Source: Halomicronema hongdechloris C2206
GTDB lineage: Bacteria; Cyanobacteriota; Cyanobacteriia; Phormidesmidales; Phormidesmidaceae
DNA: 32,000 bases
Assembly (NCBI RefSeq): GCF_002075285.3
Contig: NZ_CP021983.2
Location: 3,600,001-3,632,000 of the forward strand
Reading direction: 5' to 3'
In this document: piece by piece, positions 8,717-17,598 of the stretch
Layout of the letters: every line of letters starts with the position of its first letter
How positions within the stretch are numbered: the stretch's first letter is position 1
Made by a program: the position numbers and the translations under genes
Notes under the pieces: generated by a model
Told to the model about the DNA's origin: nothing
Seen by the model: the letters and a program-made list of their open reading frames with translations, nothing else
Database searches by the model: none

Positions 8717-8941
8717 GGTAAATCCAATTAAGATGCACAGTCGTAAAGTCACATTGATATCGTCAAATACGTGAAAAAAATACGTGAGAACACTGACTAC
8801 GGGGAGATGGGAGTGTAGAGGCCAAGAGCCACTTGGGGCTAAATTTCCCTGAACTACCTTCTCAGCGAATTCCCAGGGAGTTCTCAGAGGGGCTTCAGCT
8901 GGGATTCAGCTACAGTCTGGACGCTAACTAATAGTGCAACG

Positions 8942-9982
8942 ATGGCAAGAACGACGATGACGCGGCTAATCCTGAAAGGTGTGCTCGGGGCCGGATCCCT
9001 GCTGGTGCTACTGTTAAGTGCCTTGGTGATTGAGGCGGGGGGATGGGAAAACTTCAAGCTGCAGTACTATTCCCTGACTCAGGTCTTCCACGATCAGACC
9101 AAGGAGCTGCAGGATTTGCGTCAAAAAGACGTGGACCCTGCCAGCCACAGTCGCATCGACCTCGACCAGCTCTTGAATGGGGGGCCACCGAAGGATGGCA
9201 TCCCCAGCATTGATGCGCCCCAGTTTGACACGCCAGAGACAACCCCCTTTGCCGCCAATGAGACGGTCATTGGGGTGGTGGTCAACGGCAAGGCCAAGGC
9301 CTATCCCTTGGGCATTATGAATTGGCATGAGATCGTCAACGACAGCGTGGGCGGCCTGCCGTTGTCGATTACCTACTGTCCTCTGTGTGACACGATTGCG
9401 GTGGTTGAACGGGGCGACACCACCTTTGGCGTCTCGGGGAAGCTCTACCAGAGTTGCTTGGTCATGTACGATCGCAACGATGACACCCTCTATGCCCAGC
9501 CCTGGACTTTAGGGGTAGTGGGGCCCAAGGTCAATCATTCGTTGTCTCGGGTACCGGCGGTGAAGACCACTCTGGGCAATTGGTTGGCCCAGCATCCCGA
9601 TAGCCAAATTCTATCGACAGACACCGGCTACAGTCGGGATTACCAGAGTTATCCCTACGGCAGTTATAACGTCGATGATCAGTTGATTTTCCCTATCCGC
9701 AATCAGGCGGATCTCGATCAGCATCCTAAGGCCATCGTCAGCTATATTTGGCAGGCCAGCGATCAAACCCCCCACAATCGCTTCGCTGGCGACAGTCATC
9801 AGTTTATCCATGAGCAGCTGCGGCAACAGGGCAGCCAGACGGTGGAGTTCGACGGCCGCCAGGTGCGGGCTCGCTGGGATGACACCCTAGAGACGGTGGT
9901 TGTAGAAGAGCTCGATGGCACGGTGATTCCCAGTTCGACGGCGTTTGCCTTCGTCTATCCGGCCTTCTTTGGCCAGCCATAG
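8942..9982 (+). CDS. DUF3179 domain-containing protein (membrane-anchored)
   Basis: N-terminal TM helix, then DUF3179 blocks as I recall them: PKDGIPSIDAPQF, NWHEIVND, ITYCPLCDT, GKLYQSCLVMYDR. 346 aa. Confidence 0.85.
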   Translation: MARTTMTRLILKGVLGAGSLLVLLLSALVIEAGGWENFKLQYYSLTQVFHDQTKELQDLRQKDVDPASHSRIDLDQLLNGGPPKDGIPSIDAPQFDTPETTPFAANETVIGVVVNGKAKAYPLGIMNWHEIVNDSVGGLPLSITYCPLCDTIAVVERGDTTFGVSGKLYQSCLVMYDRNDDTLYAQPWTLGVVGPKVNHSLSRVPAVKTTLGNWLAQHPDSQILSTDTGYSRDYQSYPYGSYNVDDQLIFPIRNQADLDQHPKAIVSYIWQASDQTPHNRFAGDSHQFIHEQLRQQGSQTVEFDGRQVRARWDDTLETVVVEELDGTVIPSSTAFAFVYPAFFGQP

Positions 9983-10080
9983 CTACAGATCTTGTCCTCT
10001 CATCCCCTAGCCCCTTGTTGTAGCGCCAGCAGGGAAAAACAGGATAAGGCCCTTGATAGGATCAATGGGGTCCTAAACAG

Positions 10081-10344
10081 GTGAAGACCATGGCCGCGGT
10101 AACTGTGACGGTAAAGCTGTTTGCTATCTACCAAGATGCCTATGGGCTGCCAGAATTGACGTTGGAATTGCCCCCGGGGGCTTCGGTGGCAATGGTATGC
10201 GATCGCATCCTGCAGGATCATCCCGAGTTAGCGCCATGGTGCGATCGCACTCGATTTGGCGTCAACTTGCAATTTGCCGAGCCCGAGCAAGTCCTACAGG
10301 ACGGCGACGAAGTGGTCCTGATTCCACCAGTCAGCGGCGGTTAA
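10081..10344 (+). CDS. moaD: MoaD/ThiS-family sulfur carrier (molybdopterin synthase small subunit-like)
   Basis: About 85 aa, beta-grasp-like sequence VTVKLFAIYQD...DGDEVVLIPPVSGG ending in the diagnostic Gly-Gly. The start could be GTG 10081 or ATG 10090. No moaE is adjacent. Confidence 0.78.
   Translation: MKTMAAVTVTVKLFAIYQDAYGLPELTLELPPGASVAMVCDRILQDHPELAPWCDRTRFGVNLQFAEPEQVLQDGDEVVLIPPVSGG
10199..10248. repeat. HIP1 octamer palindromes (two of 15 copies in the window)
   Basis: GCGATCGC at 10199-10206 and 10241-10248. Other perfect copies start at 369, 557, 5434, 5701, 7637, 13082, 15343, 17767, 20314, 21267, 25813, 27402 and 29547. Confidence 0.85.
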
Positions 10345-10353
10345 TGCCAACCT

Positions 10354-10373
10354 CATAAGTCAATATACTTATG
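10354..10373 (+). terminator. weak hairpin after moaD
   Basis: Stem cataagt (10354-10360) / acttatg (10367-10373), loop caatat, followed by ccgtttcc. Short stem and poor T tract. Confidence 0.3.
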
Positions 10374-10441
10374 CCGTTTCCAGAGGGAGTAGCGTAGATT
10401 GGGGATAACGTGGCCGACTGTCCCCATTTTCCAGTACCCCT

Positions 10442-10921
10442 ATGGAGCAGTTCACCCGGCGCGAAACCTTGATCCTCGCCAAGACAACCCTAGGACGACT
10501 CACCTACCTAGCAAAAACAGGCATCGTCGTGCCTCAGCTCAGCCAACAGACTAGGCCCCCGATGCTGCTGTACTCCTGGGAGCAGGTTTTAGAAGTTCGT
10601 GCCATCACCTATTTGCGGCGCCATGCCTCCCTACAGGCCATTCGCAAAATCGTCACCTTCCTAAACGACAACGGCTTTGACTGCAGTCTGCGCAATAAGC
10701 ATCTGGTGGTGAGTAACGATGAGGTGAATTGGGTCATGCCCAATAATTCTGGCGTCCCCCAGATCATGCATATGACTGGTAGGAATCAACCGACGGGTCA
10801 ACTGGTGCTAGCCGTCTTGCCGCCCTTAAGCTCCATCATCCAAGACGTCTGGGAAACTGCTCGCACGTCCAACGTCATTGACTTCGAACACTTCAAGCAA
10901 CGGGCTAAGCTACGGGAATAA
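10442..10921 (+). CDS. hypothetical protein with N-terminal MerR-like HTH
   Basis: 159-aa ORF. The N-terminal 70 aa (TLILAKTTLGRLTYLAKTGIVVP...YSWEQVLEVRAITYLRRHASLQAIRKIVTFL) resembles a MerR-type winged HTH. The C-terminal half was not recognised. Confidence 0.6.
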   Translation: MEQFTRRETLILAKTTLGRLTYLAKTGIVVPQLSQQTRPPMLLYSWEQVLEVRAITYLRRHASLQAIRKIVTFLNDNGFDCSLRNKHLVVSNDEVNWVMPNNSGVPQIMHMTGRNQPTGQLVLAVLPPLSSIIQDVWETARTSNVIDFEHFKQRAKLRE

Positions 10922-11267
10922 ATAATACCGGTTCGCATAGCCCTCATAGAGCAGGGCGCAAGGGCGCAACAGCTATACTCCTAATTTAAGCGCCCTATAC
11001 GGTACCAGGTTTTGGCACCACTGACAGTCGTGGCTGCAGTGGTTTACCGCAGCATTGCAAACGTGATCAACATCACAAAGTTTCTGTGAATTGCCAAGGC
11101 TAGAGACATCCGTGGGATCACGCTTGCCGTCTATGAAGATCACGTAATCGGGGATATCACTATCACGGCAAAGGCAGAATCCTGAACGGATTATTAAGAC
11201 ATCGCTTGGAGTTCGCTAGCCTATGGTTGCCCCCTGTTGTCTACTCCCCTCTGCCCTGGGAGAAATT

Positions 11268-11426
11268 ATGGCCCAAGTCGCCGACACCCGCGCCCTCACC
11301 CTGACCGATCGCTACGGGTTGAGAACAGCCATCTTATCCAGCACCTTAGATGATGAAGAACGCGCAGCCATCGATCGCCTACTCTGGGCCACTCGCCGAG
11401 GCCTGATTGTACCTTCGCCTCAGTAA
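11268..11426 (+). CDS. small hypothetical protein (52 aa)
   Basis: ATG 11268 is preceded by GGGAGA 6 nt upstream. Translation is MAQVADTRALTLTDRYGLRTAILSSTLDDEERAAIDRLLWATRRGLIVPSPQ. The longer ORF from 11223 lacks an RBS. The 3-prime end overlaps the convergent pentapeptide gene by 7 bp. Confidence 0.45.
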   Translation: MAQVADTRALTLTDRYGLRTAILSSTLDDEERAAIDRLLWATRRGLIVPSPQ

Positions 11427-11971
11427 GCGCGGGGGCGTCGCTGTCTAGAACCGGTATCTTCTACCCCTAGGGCAGTCCCCTGCAAACGACAATCCGTTAA
11501 GACTGTCCGAGTCAGGACAGTCCCGGTGAGATTAGCATGGCGCAGATCGGTCTGGCTGAGATCGGCATCCGTTAGATCTGCATAGCAGAGGTTAGCACCC
11601 CGTAGGTCCGCCCCCGCTAAGCAGGCCTGCCTCAAATTAGACAGCCGTAAATCACTCTGTCTCAAATTCGCCGCAGATAGGTCAGCCTCCTGGAATCTGC
11701 TTCGAATCAATGTTGCCCGTTCCAGACAGGCTTGCTGCAGATTGGCCCCGGATAAGTCGACCCGCCAGGCATTCACCCCAGCCAAGTTTCCTGCCGTCAA
11801 AATAGCCTGTTTCAGGGAGGCCCGGGTTAAATCCGCTTGGTATAGCCTTACCCCTGGCAGAAACAGCCCAGTCAAGTGAGCTTCACTCAGGTCAAAGCGG
11901 CTAAAGTCGCGGTATCCAGAGTCATACCGGGCGACTAACTGCATAACATCCATCGAAAGCTGGAGCACCAT
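11420..11971 (-). CDS. pentapeptide repeat-containing protein
   Basis: Tandem A(D/N)LxX pentapeptides through most of the 183 aa (ADLTRASLKQAILTAGNLAGVNAWRVDLSGANLQQACLERATL...). Confidence 0.9.
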   Translation of the reverse strand: MVLQLSMDVMQLVARYDSGYRDFSRFDLSEAHLTGLFLPGVRLYQADLTRASLKQAILTAGNLAGVNAWRVDLSGANLQQACLERATLIRSRFQEADLSAANLRQSDLRLSNLRQACLAGADLRGANLCYADLTDADLSQTDLRHANLTGTVLTRTVLTDCRLQGTALGVEDTGSRQRRPRAY

Positions 11972-12190
11972 AGTAGAAGGGGAGGGTAGCTGCGGAGAAC
12001 TGACGGCGTCTAGTGCTGGCCTCTAAGAGCACACTTGACCATCTAGCACCCTGATTTATGAATAATTGTTACATTAGTTAATCTAGCAAGCTCCTATCGG
12101 TATCGCAACTCCCAGGCACACCAGGAGGCTATGCCTGCCCACTGGTGACCGCGTAGCAGACCCTGAGCAGCACCGCCATTACACCGCAGT

Positions 12191-14278
12191 CTACTGAGCC
12201 CTTTGAGCGATTACCACCACTGCACTGCGGCAAGACACCTCATAGAGTGGAGTCGTGATCGCCTGGCCTTGGCCGGGCAGAGTCAGATCCTGGGGAGGTG
12301 GTTTGGCCGTGTTGACCAGATGGTGCCAGTGATCACCTGGTCTCAGGGGCGGCAATTGAAAAGGTAGGGGCTGCCAGAAGGCATTTAACATGACGTGCAG
12401 CTGCTCATCATAGGCAGGGTAGCGCAGGGTAAAGGCCAAGCTATGGGAATCATGGCTCCAATCGGGCTGGCCAAGATTGACCCCATGCCAGACGATATGG
12501 GGTTGCTTCACCCAGTGCTCTGTGACCATTAGGGAATGGGTAATGCGAAAAATTTGCAGTCTCTGAATCAGCCCGATTAAGTCGCGGGTAAAGCGCAGTA
12601 GGTCTGCGTGCTTCTCAAGGCCATCCCAGTCGAACCAGCTGATCTCGTTGTCTTGGCAGTAAGCATTATTGTTGCCCCCTTGGCTGCGCCGCACTTCATC
12701 CCCCATCAGCAGCATGGGAGTGCCCTGGGAAAAGAAGAGAATCGTCAGGCAATTTTTAATCTGCCGTTGGCGCAACGCCTCTATCTCTGGATCCTGAGTA
12801 GGGCCTTCCTGACCACAGTTCCAACTGTCGTTGGCGTCGGTACCATCGCGACTGTCCTCGCCATTGGCCTGATTATGCTTATGGGTATAGGAGACCAAAT
12901 CAGTTAGGGTAAAGCCATCGTGGCAGGTGACGAAGTGAATGCTGCGGTTGGGTTCTCGCCCTGGCTGCTGATAGATGTCGGGGCTGCCGATGATGCGTTC
13001 TGCCAGGGGTTTCACGCTCCCAGAGTCGCTTTTAACGAAGCGGCGGACATCATCGCGAAACGGTCCATTCCACTCAGCAAAGCGATCGCCGATGAAGCTG
13101 CCCACCTGATACAATCCGGCCGCATCCCAGGCTTCGGCAATCAGCTTAGTACCGGCCAGAATTGGGTCAGACTCAATGCTCCAGAGAATTGGGGGATCGT
13201 CGACCGGATGACCATAGAGATTGCGGGATAGCACCGAGGCCAGATCAAAGCGAAAGCCGTCCACATGCATTTCCGAGACCCAATAGCGGAGGCAATCAAT
13301 GATCAGCCGCCCAGCGACAGCGTGGCTGGCTTTGACGGTGTTGCCGCAGCCACTGTAGTTGGCGTAGTCAGCACGATTCTCTTGCAGTAAATAGTAGGTC
13401 TCATTGTCGAGGCCCCGAAAGGAGAGGGTGGGGCCGTTATGGTTACCCTCGGCGGTGTGGTTAAACACCACATCTAGAATCACTTCGATGCCGGCCTGAT
13501 GTAGGGCTTTGACCATGTCCCGAAATTCATCCACCGGCCCCAAGGGATCCTGGCGGCAACTATAGGCTTGATGGGGGGCAAAAAAGGCAATGGTGCTGTA
13601 TCCCCAGTAGTTTTTGCGGGGGGGCGGCACATCTTGATCGTCAAATTGGTGGATCGGTAACAACTCCACGGCAGTGATGCCCAGCTGCTTCAGGTAGGGA
13701 ATTTTTTCAATCACCCCAGCGAAGGTGCCGCGCTTAGCCGCTGTCACCCCTGAGTTGGGATGGCGGGTGAAGCCGCCCACATGCATCTCATAGATGACAC
13801 TAGTGGCATAGGGAATCCGTAAAGGCTCATCCCCTTCCCAGTCGTAGCGGCTGGTGTCAACCACGACCCCCCGCAGCGCCTGGCTACAGTTGTCTCCGGG
13901 ATAGCGAGCCGCTTCCCGGTTGTAGCGGTCATGGCCGACCACGGCCCGACTGTAGGGATCCAGCAGCACCTTATCGGCGTCAAAACGATGGCCGCGTTCG
14001 GGACAAAACACTCCGTAGGCTCGGTAGGCGTACACCTGGCCATGCCCTAAGCCTGGCACCAAGACATGCCAGTAGAAGGAAGTGCGGTGGTGCTGAGGAT
14101 CGAGAGGAATGATCTGGCTGGGATAGTCGGCTTGCTCATCTGCGAACAGCAGCAGCTCAATGGCCGTAGCCTCTTTGGAGTAGACGCAGAAGTTGACACC
14201 TTCCGGTGTCACCGTAGCGCCCAAAGGAAAACTGTGGCCCGGTTGGATGGTGTGATGGTGAGTGTAAGCGGTACCCAT
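12191..14278 (-). CDS. glgX: glycogen debranching enzyme GlgX (isoamylase-type, GH13)
   Basis: GH13 catalytic blocks LDVVFNHTAEG, VDGFRFDLASVL, LIAEAWDAAG and HFVTCHDGFTL. N-terminal CBM48-like region. 695 aa. Confidence 0.92.
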   Translation of the reverse strand: MGTAYTHHHTIQPGHSFPLGATVTPEGVNFCVYSKEATAIELLLFADEQADYPSQIIPLDPQHHRTSFYWHVLVPGLGHGQVYAYRAYGVFCPERGHRFDADKVLLDPYSRAVVGHDRYNREAARYPGDNCSQALRGVVVDTSRYDWEGDEPLRIPYATSVIYEMHVGGFTRHPNSGVTAAKRGTFAGVIEKIPYLKQLGITAVELLPIHQFDDQDVPPPRKNYWGYSTIAFFAPHQAYSCRQDPLGPVDEFRDMVKALHQAGIEVILDVVFNHTAEGNHNGPTLSFRGLDNETYYLLQENRADYANYSGCGNTVKASHAVAGRLIIDCLRYWVSEMHVDGFRFDLASVLSRNLYGHPVDDPPILWSIESDPILAGTKLIAEAWDAAGLYQVGSFIGDRFAEWNGPFRDDVRRFVKSDSGSVKPLAERIIGSPDIYQQPGREPNRSIHFVTCHDGFTLTDLVSYTHKHNQANGEDSRDGTDANDSWNCGQEGPTQDPEIEALRQRQIKNCLTILFFSQGTPMLLMGDEVRRSQGGNNNAYCQDNEISWFDWDGLEKHADLLRFTRDLIGLIQRLQIFRITHSLMVTEHWVKQPHIVWHGVNLGQPDWSHDSHSLAFTLRYPAYDEQLHVMLNAFWQPLPFQLPPLRPGDHWHHLVNTAKPPPQDLTLPGQGQAITTPLYEVSCRSAVVVIAQRAQ

Positions 14279-14287
14279 TCAGAGGCA

Positions 14288-14527
14288 TCAATCCCAGTCA
14301 ATTTCTAAGTCGGCAGAGCCTAAGGCCGTATGAATCGTCTCTCGAATCATCTGCAGCTCTTCGAAGGTAACTTTGCCATCGGCATGGATGGCTCGCCGGA
14401 TGCGGTCCGATTCATCTCGTGAGAGGCGGCCATCGGCAACGGCCTGTTGCACGAGTCGTTTCAGCTCATTCAGGTGATGTTGTTCTTCAGGGGTCAATTC
14501 AGGCGCCCCAGGACGATCTATCTTCAT
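14288..14527 (-). CDS. small hypothetical protein (TerB-like helical repeat flavour)
   Basis: ATG 14527 lies 2 nt after the stop (14530-14532) of the upstream gene, which is a more plausible start than 14554. The sequence DGRLSRDESDRIRRAIHADGKVTFEELQMI is helical and charged. Confidence 0.55.
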   Translation of the reverse strand: MKIDRPGAPELTPEEQHHLNELKRLVQQAVADGRLSRDESDRIRRAIHADGKVTFEELQMIRETIHTALGSADLEIDWD

Positions 14528-14529
14528 GA

Positions 14530-15072
14530 CTAACCAGGACAAATAGTGGACCAAGCATCTAGATTGGTTCTGGCTTCCAGAAAACCAGCTAGTTCACCGC
14601 GGTAGGCCACGAGTTTAGCCCGATCGGAAGAGCCAGGAGGAACCAAGGTAATCAATCGATCGACGGTGGTGGCAGCACAGGCCCAGTCTTTGGCGGCGAC
14701 GGCTCGTGTCAGGCGCACCTGCAGCTCAGCGATTTCTTGCTGCCGGGCCGCCGCCGCCCGTTGTTGCTGGATATAGGATTCCACATTGGCGAGGGCATCT
14801 AGGGCATAGCGATCACCGGGACGGGCCTGTAGAGCTCGGCGAAAATTGATTAGGGCAGTTTGATAGTCCCCCTGTTCGGTGGCAGCATAGCCAATTTCCA
14901 TGGCCCGAGTATAGTCATCGCCGGCAGCTGGAGTAGAGGCGATGGTAAGCTGGCCAGCCGCATCGGCGGGGTGAGTAACAAAGCCGTTGATGGCCGCGGC
15001 GGCCATGGGGGTAAACCCTAGGCCCAACAGCAGCGAACTGCCCATCAGCCCATATCTGATTCCACGCCTCAT
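14530..15072 (-). CDS. secreted TPR-like hypothetical protein
   Basis: Signal peptide MRRGIRYGLMGSSLLLGLGFTPMAAAA. A TPR-like unit GDYQTALINFRRALQARPGDRYA. 180 aa. Confidence 0.62.
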   Translation of the reverse strand: MRRGIRYGLMGSSLLLGLGFTPMAAAAINGFVTHPADAAGQLTIASTPAAGDDYTRAMEIGYAATEQGDYQTALINFRRALQARPGDRYALDALANVESYIQQQRAAAARQQEIAELQVRLTRAVAAKDWACAATTVDRLITLVPPGSSDRAKLVAYRGELAGFLEARTNLDAWSTICPG

Positions 15073-15099
15073 AGCATCCCCTCACAGCTCACACCGTTA

Positions 15100-15330
15100 A
15101 TGTTAGTAATTAATTCTATATGGCTCCTCAGCACTGGAATGGTCACTGGGTTAGGAATGGCCTATGGGATAGCCCATTACAATGCCGCGAGGCTGCGGGT
15201 CACAATTGCCGCCTTCAACCAACGGGCCTTGCGGGTGTGGCACCGGTTGGGGTTTCAGCCGATGGATAGGTTTGTGACCACTGGCGCGGATGAGCTGTTT
15301 GTGATCAGGGTGTTTGATGGCGGTCGGTAG
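15100..15330 (+). pseudogene. GNAT acetyltransferase C-terminal fragment
   Basis: GLGMAYGIAHYNAARLRVTIAAFNQRALRVWHRLGFQPMDRF corresponds to only the last third or so of a RimJ/RimL-like GNAT. The 27 bp between it and the neighbouring gene start (15072) leave no room for the missing N-terminal part. Confidence 0.5.
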
Positions 15331-15364
15331 TGCATACTTTTTGCGATCGCATCTCTGAATATCC

Positions 15365-15661
15365 TCAGGGGCGGCCCGCTTCAGGTGCAGCAGGATGAGG
15401 ATCCTCGGGGGGCTGGGAAGCCTGGCTCCCCAATCGCTTGGTGAGAATTCGCATAATATCCCTGGCGTTAGGAGCTGGCAGCGGTCGAGACCATTCAGAC
15501 ACTTGGGCAAATCCCAGGCGATGCTGAGTCAACACATAGTTGTTCACGACCTCCAGAGACCCCACGGCAATGACCCGCAGCACTTGGCCACGGTCTGTCG
15601 GGGCTAAGGATAGGGGCGGATGGTTAGATGACACAGAACTCCTCCAACAATGGTGACACAT
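15365..15661 (-). CDS. small conserved hypothetical protein
   Basis: The core VLRVIAVGSLEVVNNYVLTQHRLGFAQVSEWSRPLPAPNARDIMRILTKRL resembles a small protein family I recall as widespread in cyanobacteria (unverified). Start chosen at ATG 15661. The ORF extends to 15724. Confidence 0.45.
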   Translation of the reverse strand: MCHHCWRSSVSSNHPPLSLAPTDRGQVLRVIAVGSLEVVNNYVLTQHRLGFAQVSEWSRPLPAPNARDIMRILTKRLGSQASQPPEDPHPAAPEAGRP

Positions 15662-15729
15662 TAACCAGAGGTCAGTCCCGATGACCGACCAATCTATATT
15701 GACCGTTGAGCGGACATGAGTCAAGTAAG

Positions 15730-16221
15730 TCAGGGAGGAGTCGTTGGGTCTTCAAACTTGGCTTGCTGGGCAATCAGCTTCAAGAACTTGGCCGTGCTGC
15801 GATCAGGATCATAGACACCGTTTTCCCATTCGCTGATGGTTTGGCGACGTACGCCCAGCTCCTTGGCAAACTGGGTTTGGGTCAACTCCATGTGCTTACG
15901 CAGGGCCTTGATAGCACCCCGTCGCCAGACGATATCACCATCTCTGCGTTGGATGGTGTAGTGGGCTTGAAAAGTATGAAACTGCACTACCTCTTGGGCG
16001 AGATCGACCGCGACGACGTGATAGCCAGCCTTAACCCAGGCCCCAGCCTGTAGGGCACTGGCACTATCGCGGTTACTCCACCAGTTTTTGCGCTGCCGCG
16101 CCGAGGCTGGCAGGGACTTGCCTATCAGCGCTTCAATCTCAGCAAATGTCAGCGTTGTCTCATCCTGGTCGCAGCGCTGCAGATACTCGAAGAGAGGATA
16201 GTATTTGCTACCGGGTTTCAT
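15730..16221 (-). CDS. XRE-family HTH protein with an N-terminal uncharacterised domain
   Basis: C-terminal classic Cro/C1 HTH: MELTQTQFAKELGVRRQTISEWENGVYDPD. The N-terminal ~100 aa (YYPLFEYLQRC...LTFAEIEALIGKSLPASARQRKNWWSN) is a separate domain. 163 aa. Confidence 0.8.
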   Translation of the reverse strand: MKPGSKYYPLFEYLQRCDQDETTLTFAEIEALIGKSLPASARQRKNWWSNRDSASALQAGAWVKAGYHVVAVDLAQEVVQFHTFQAHYTIQRRDGDIVWRRGAIKALRKHMELTQTQFAKELGVRRQTISEWENGVYDPDRSTAKFLKLIAQQAKFEDPTTPP

Positions 16222-16402
16222 CGGCTCCCTGACCCGCGCAACCTGTACTCTCTCTCAGTCTAGACCTGAGCACTTGTTAGGGAAATGTGGCTCACTCAGG
16301 TTGAGAGGATATTTGGAAAGTACCCTGCAACAATAGCGGGCAAAGGCAGATTGCTTAGAGCCTCGTTGGCGCGCTTTAGCTACCTGCAGCTCTTCTACAT
16401 TT

Positions 16403-17572
16403 TCATCGGGAAGCCCGGGCCAGTAGTAGCGATCCCACGGCAATCCCCAGCAAGACCGGTAACCATGCTGACATCCAGGGAGATAGCACTCCCACCTCTC
16501 CCATGGCATTGGCAATAAAGGCAAACAGATAATAGCCAAAAATAATCACTACACTGATGCCAAAACTGGTGGCCCGGCTGGTGCGTTGGGGCAAGACCCC
16601 AATGGAAGCTCCCACTAACCCAAACACCAAACAGACAAACGGCAGCGCATACTTCTGCTGAATCCGCACTTGCCACACCCGAATTTCTCGGGCATCCCCA
16701 CTCTGGCGAATCATCTCTAACTGGCGACGAGCTTCGGCAATATTCATCTCATCATCTGCCTTGGTACGACTGGCCAAGTCCAGAGGTGTGCGCGGCAGTT
16801 GCAGCTCTTGATGATCGAATTTCACAATGTGGCTGAAAGAGCCATCTGGCGACACTGCATAAATGGTGCCATTGAAAAAATCCCACGTGTTGTTACCCAC
16901 GTTCCAGCTAGCCGATTCGGCACTGACGATCTGGTCTAGACCATCCTGGGAAAAGTCCAGAATTGTCAACCCCTGCATCCTTTCGCCGTCAAACTGGCGG
17001 GCATAAAATAGGCGGTTGAGATGGCGACTGCCTCCCGCCTGAAATTCCTGGTAAAGAATGTCGCTCTCTTGAAAAGGCGGCCGCTCGGCATTGAGGGCCT
17101 GTTCCAGGGTGATGGCGGCTCGATAATTGGCAGCTGGTGTAATCAGTTCATTGAAGGCAAAGGTGAGACCGGTAATCATCAAGCTGAGGACAATGGCCGG
17201 CGCTACCAACCGCCGCACGCTTACTCCGCAGGCCCGCAGTGCCACCAATTCACTGTCGCTGGACAGACGGCTGTAGGTCATCATCGTGGCCAACAGGGTC
17301 GCCATGGGGAAAGACAAGACGATAAACTCTGGCAGCTTCAGCAGTAGGATTTCCAAGGCCAGGTAAATCGACAGCCCGGCTTCAGTCACCTTGCGAATCA
17401 GATCGAATAGGGCCCCTACCGACACGCCAATGGAGGAAAAGGCCCCGACCCCAAACAAGAACGGTAAGGCCAACTCTTGGCTGATGTAGCGATCCATAAT
17501 CGGGATGGTGGGAAACCATCGCCGTTTCAGGGAGGGAGATTGGGAAATCGTCTCGGGCGAACTTGTTGCCAT
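16403..17572 (-). CDS. LptF/LptG-family LPS export permease
   Basis: MDRYISQELALPFLFGVGAFSSIG N-terminal block, three N-terminal and three C-terminal TM helices flanking a soluble domain. Located directly downstream of lptB. 389 aa. Confidence 0.87.
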   Translation of the reverse strand: MATSSPETISQSPSLKRRWFPTIPIMDRYISQELALPFLFGVGAFSSIGVSVGALFDLIRKVTEAGLSIYLALEILLLKLPEFIVLSFPMATLLATMMTYSRLSSDSELVALRACGVSVRRLVAPAIVLSLMITGLTFAFNELITPAANYRAAITLEQALNAERPPFQESDILYQEFQAGGSRHLNRLFYARQFDGERMQGLTILDFSQDGLDQIVSAESASWNVGNNTWDFFNGTIYAVSPDGSFSHIVKFDHQELQLPRTPLDLASRTKADDEMNIAEARRQLEMIRQSGDAREIRVWQVRIQQKYALPFVCLVFGLVGASIGVLPQRTSRATSFGISVVIIFGYYLFAFIANAMGEVGVLSPWMSAWLPVLLGIAVGSLLLARASR

Positions 17573-17598
17573 GGCACCTTTCAGCCGTCACTCCAGGG

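Noticed and set aside
9983-10080. A possible Moco riboswitch upstream of moaD, and a possible glmS-type ribozyme or leader upstream of glmM (19400-19541).
   Set aside because: I could not find the conserved Moco-motif or glmS core sequences by eye. The spacers are short and show no obvious multi-stem structure. Covariance-model scans would be needed to exclude them formally.
16255-16539. A 94-aa minus-strand ORF overlapping the lptF/G 3-prime end.
   Set aside because: Its ATG lies 137 nt inside the lptF/G coding region in another frame. Only the part in the spacer (16255-16402) looks protein-like, and that part is reported as a possible RHH remnant instead.
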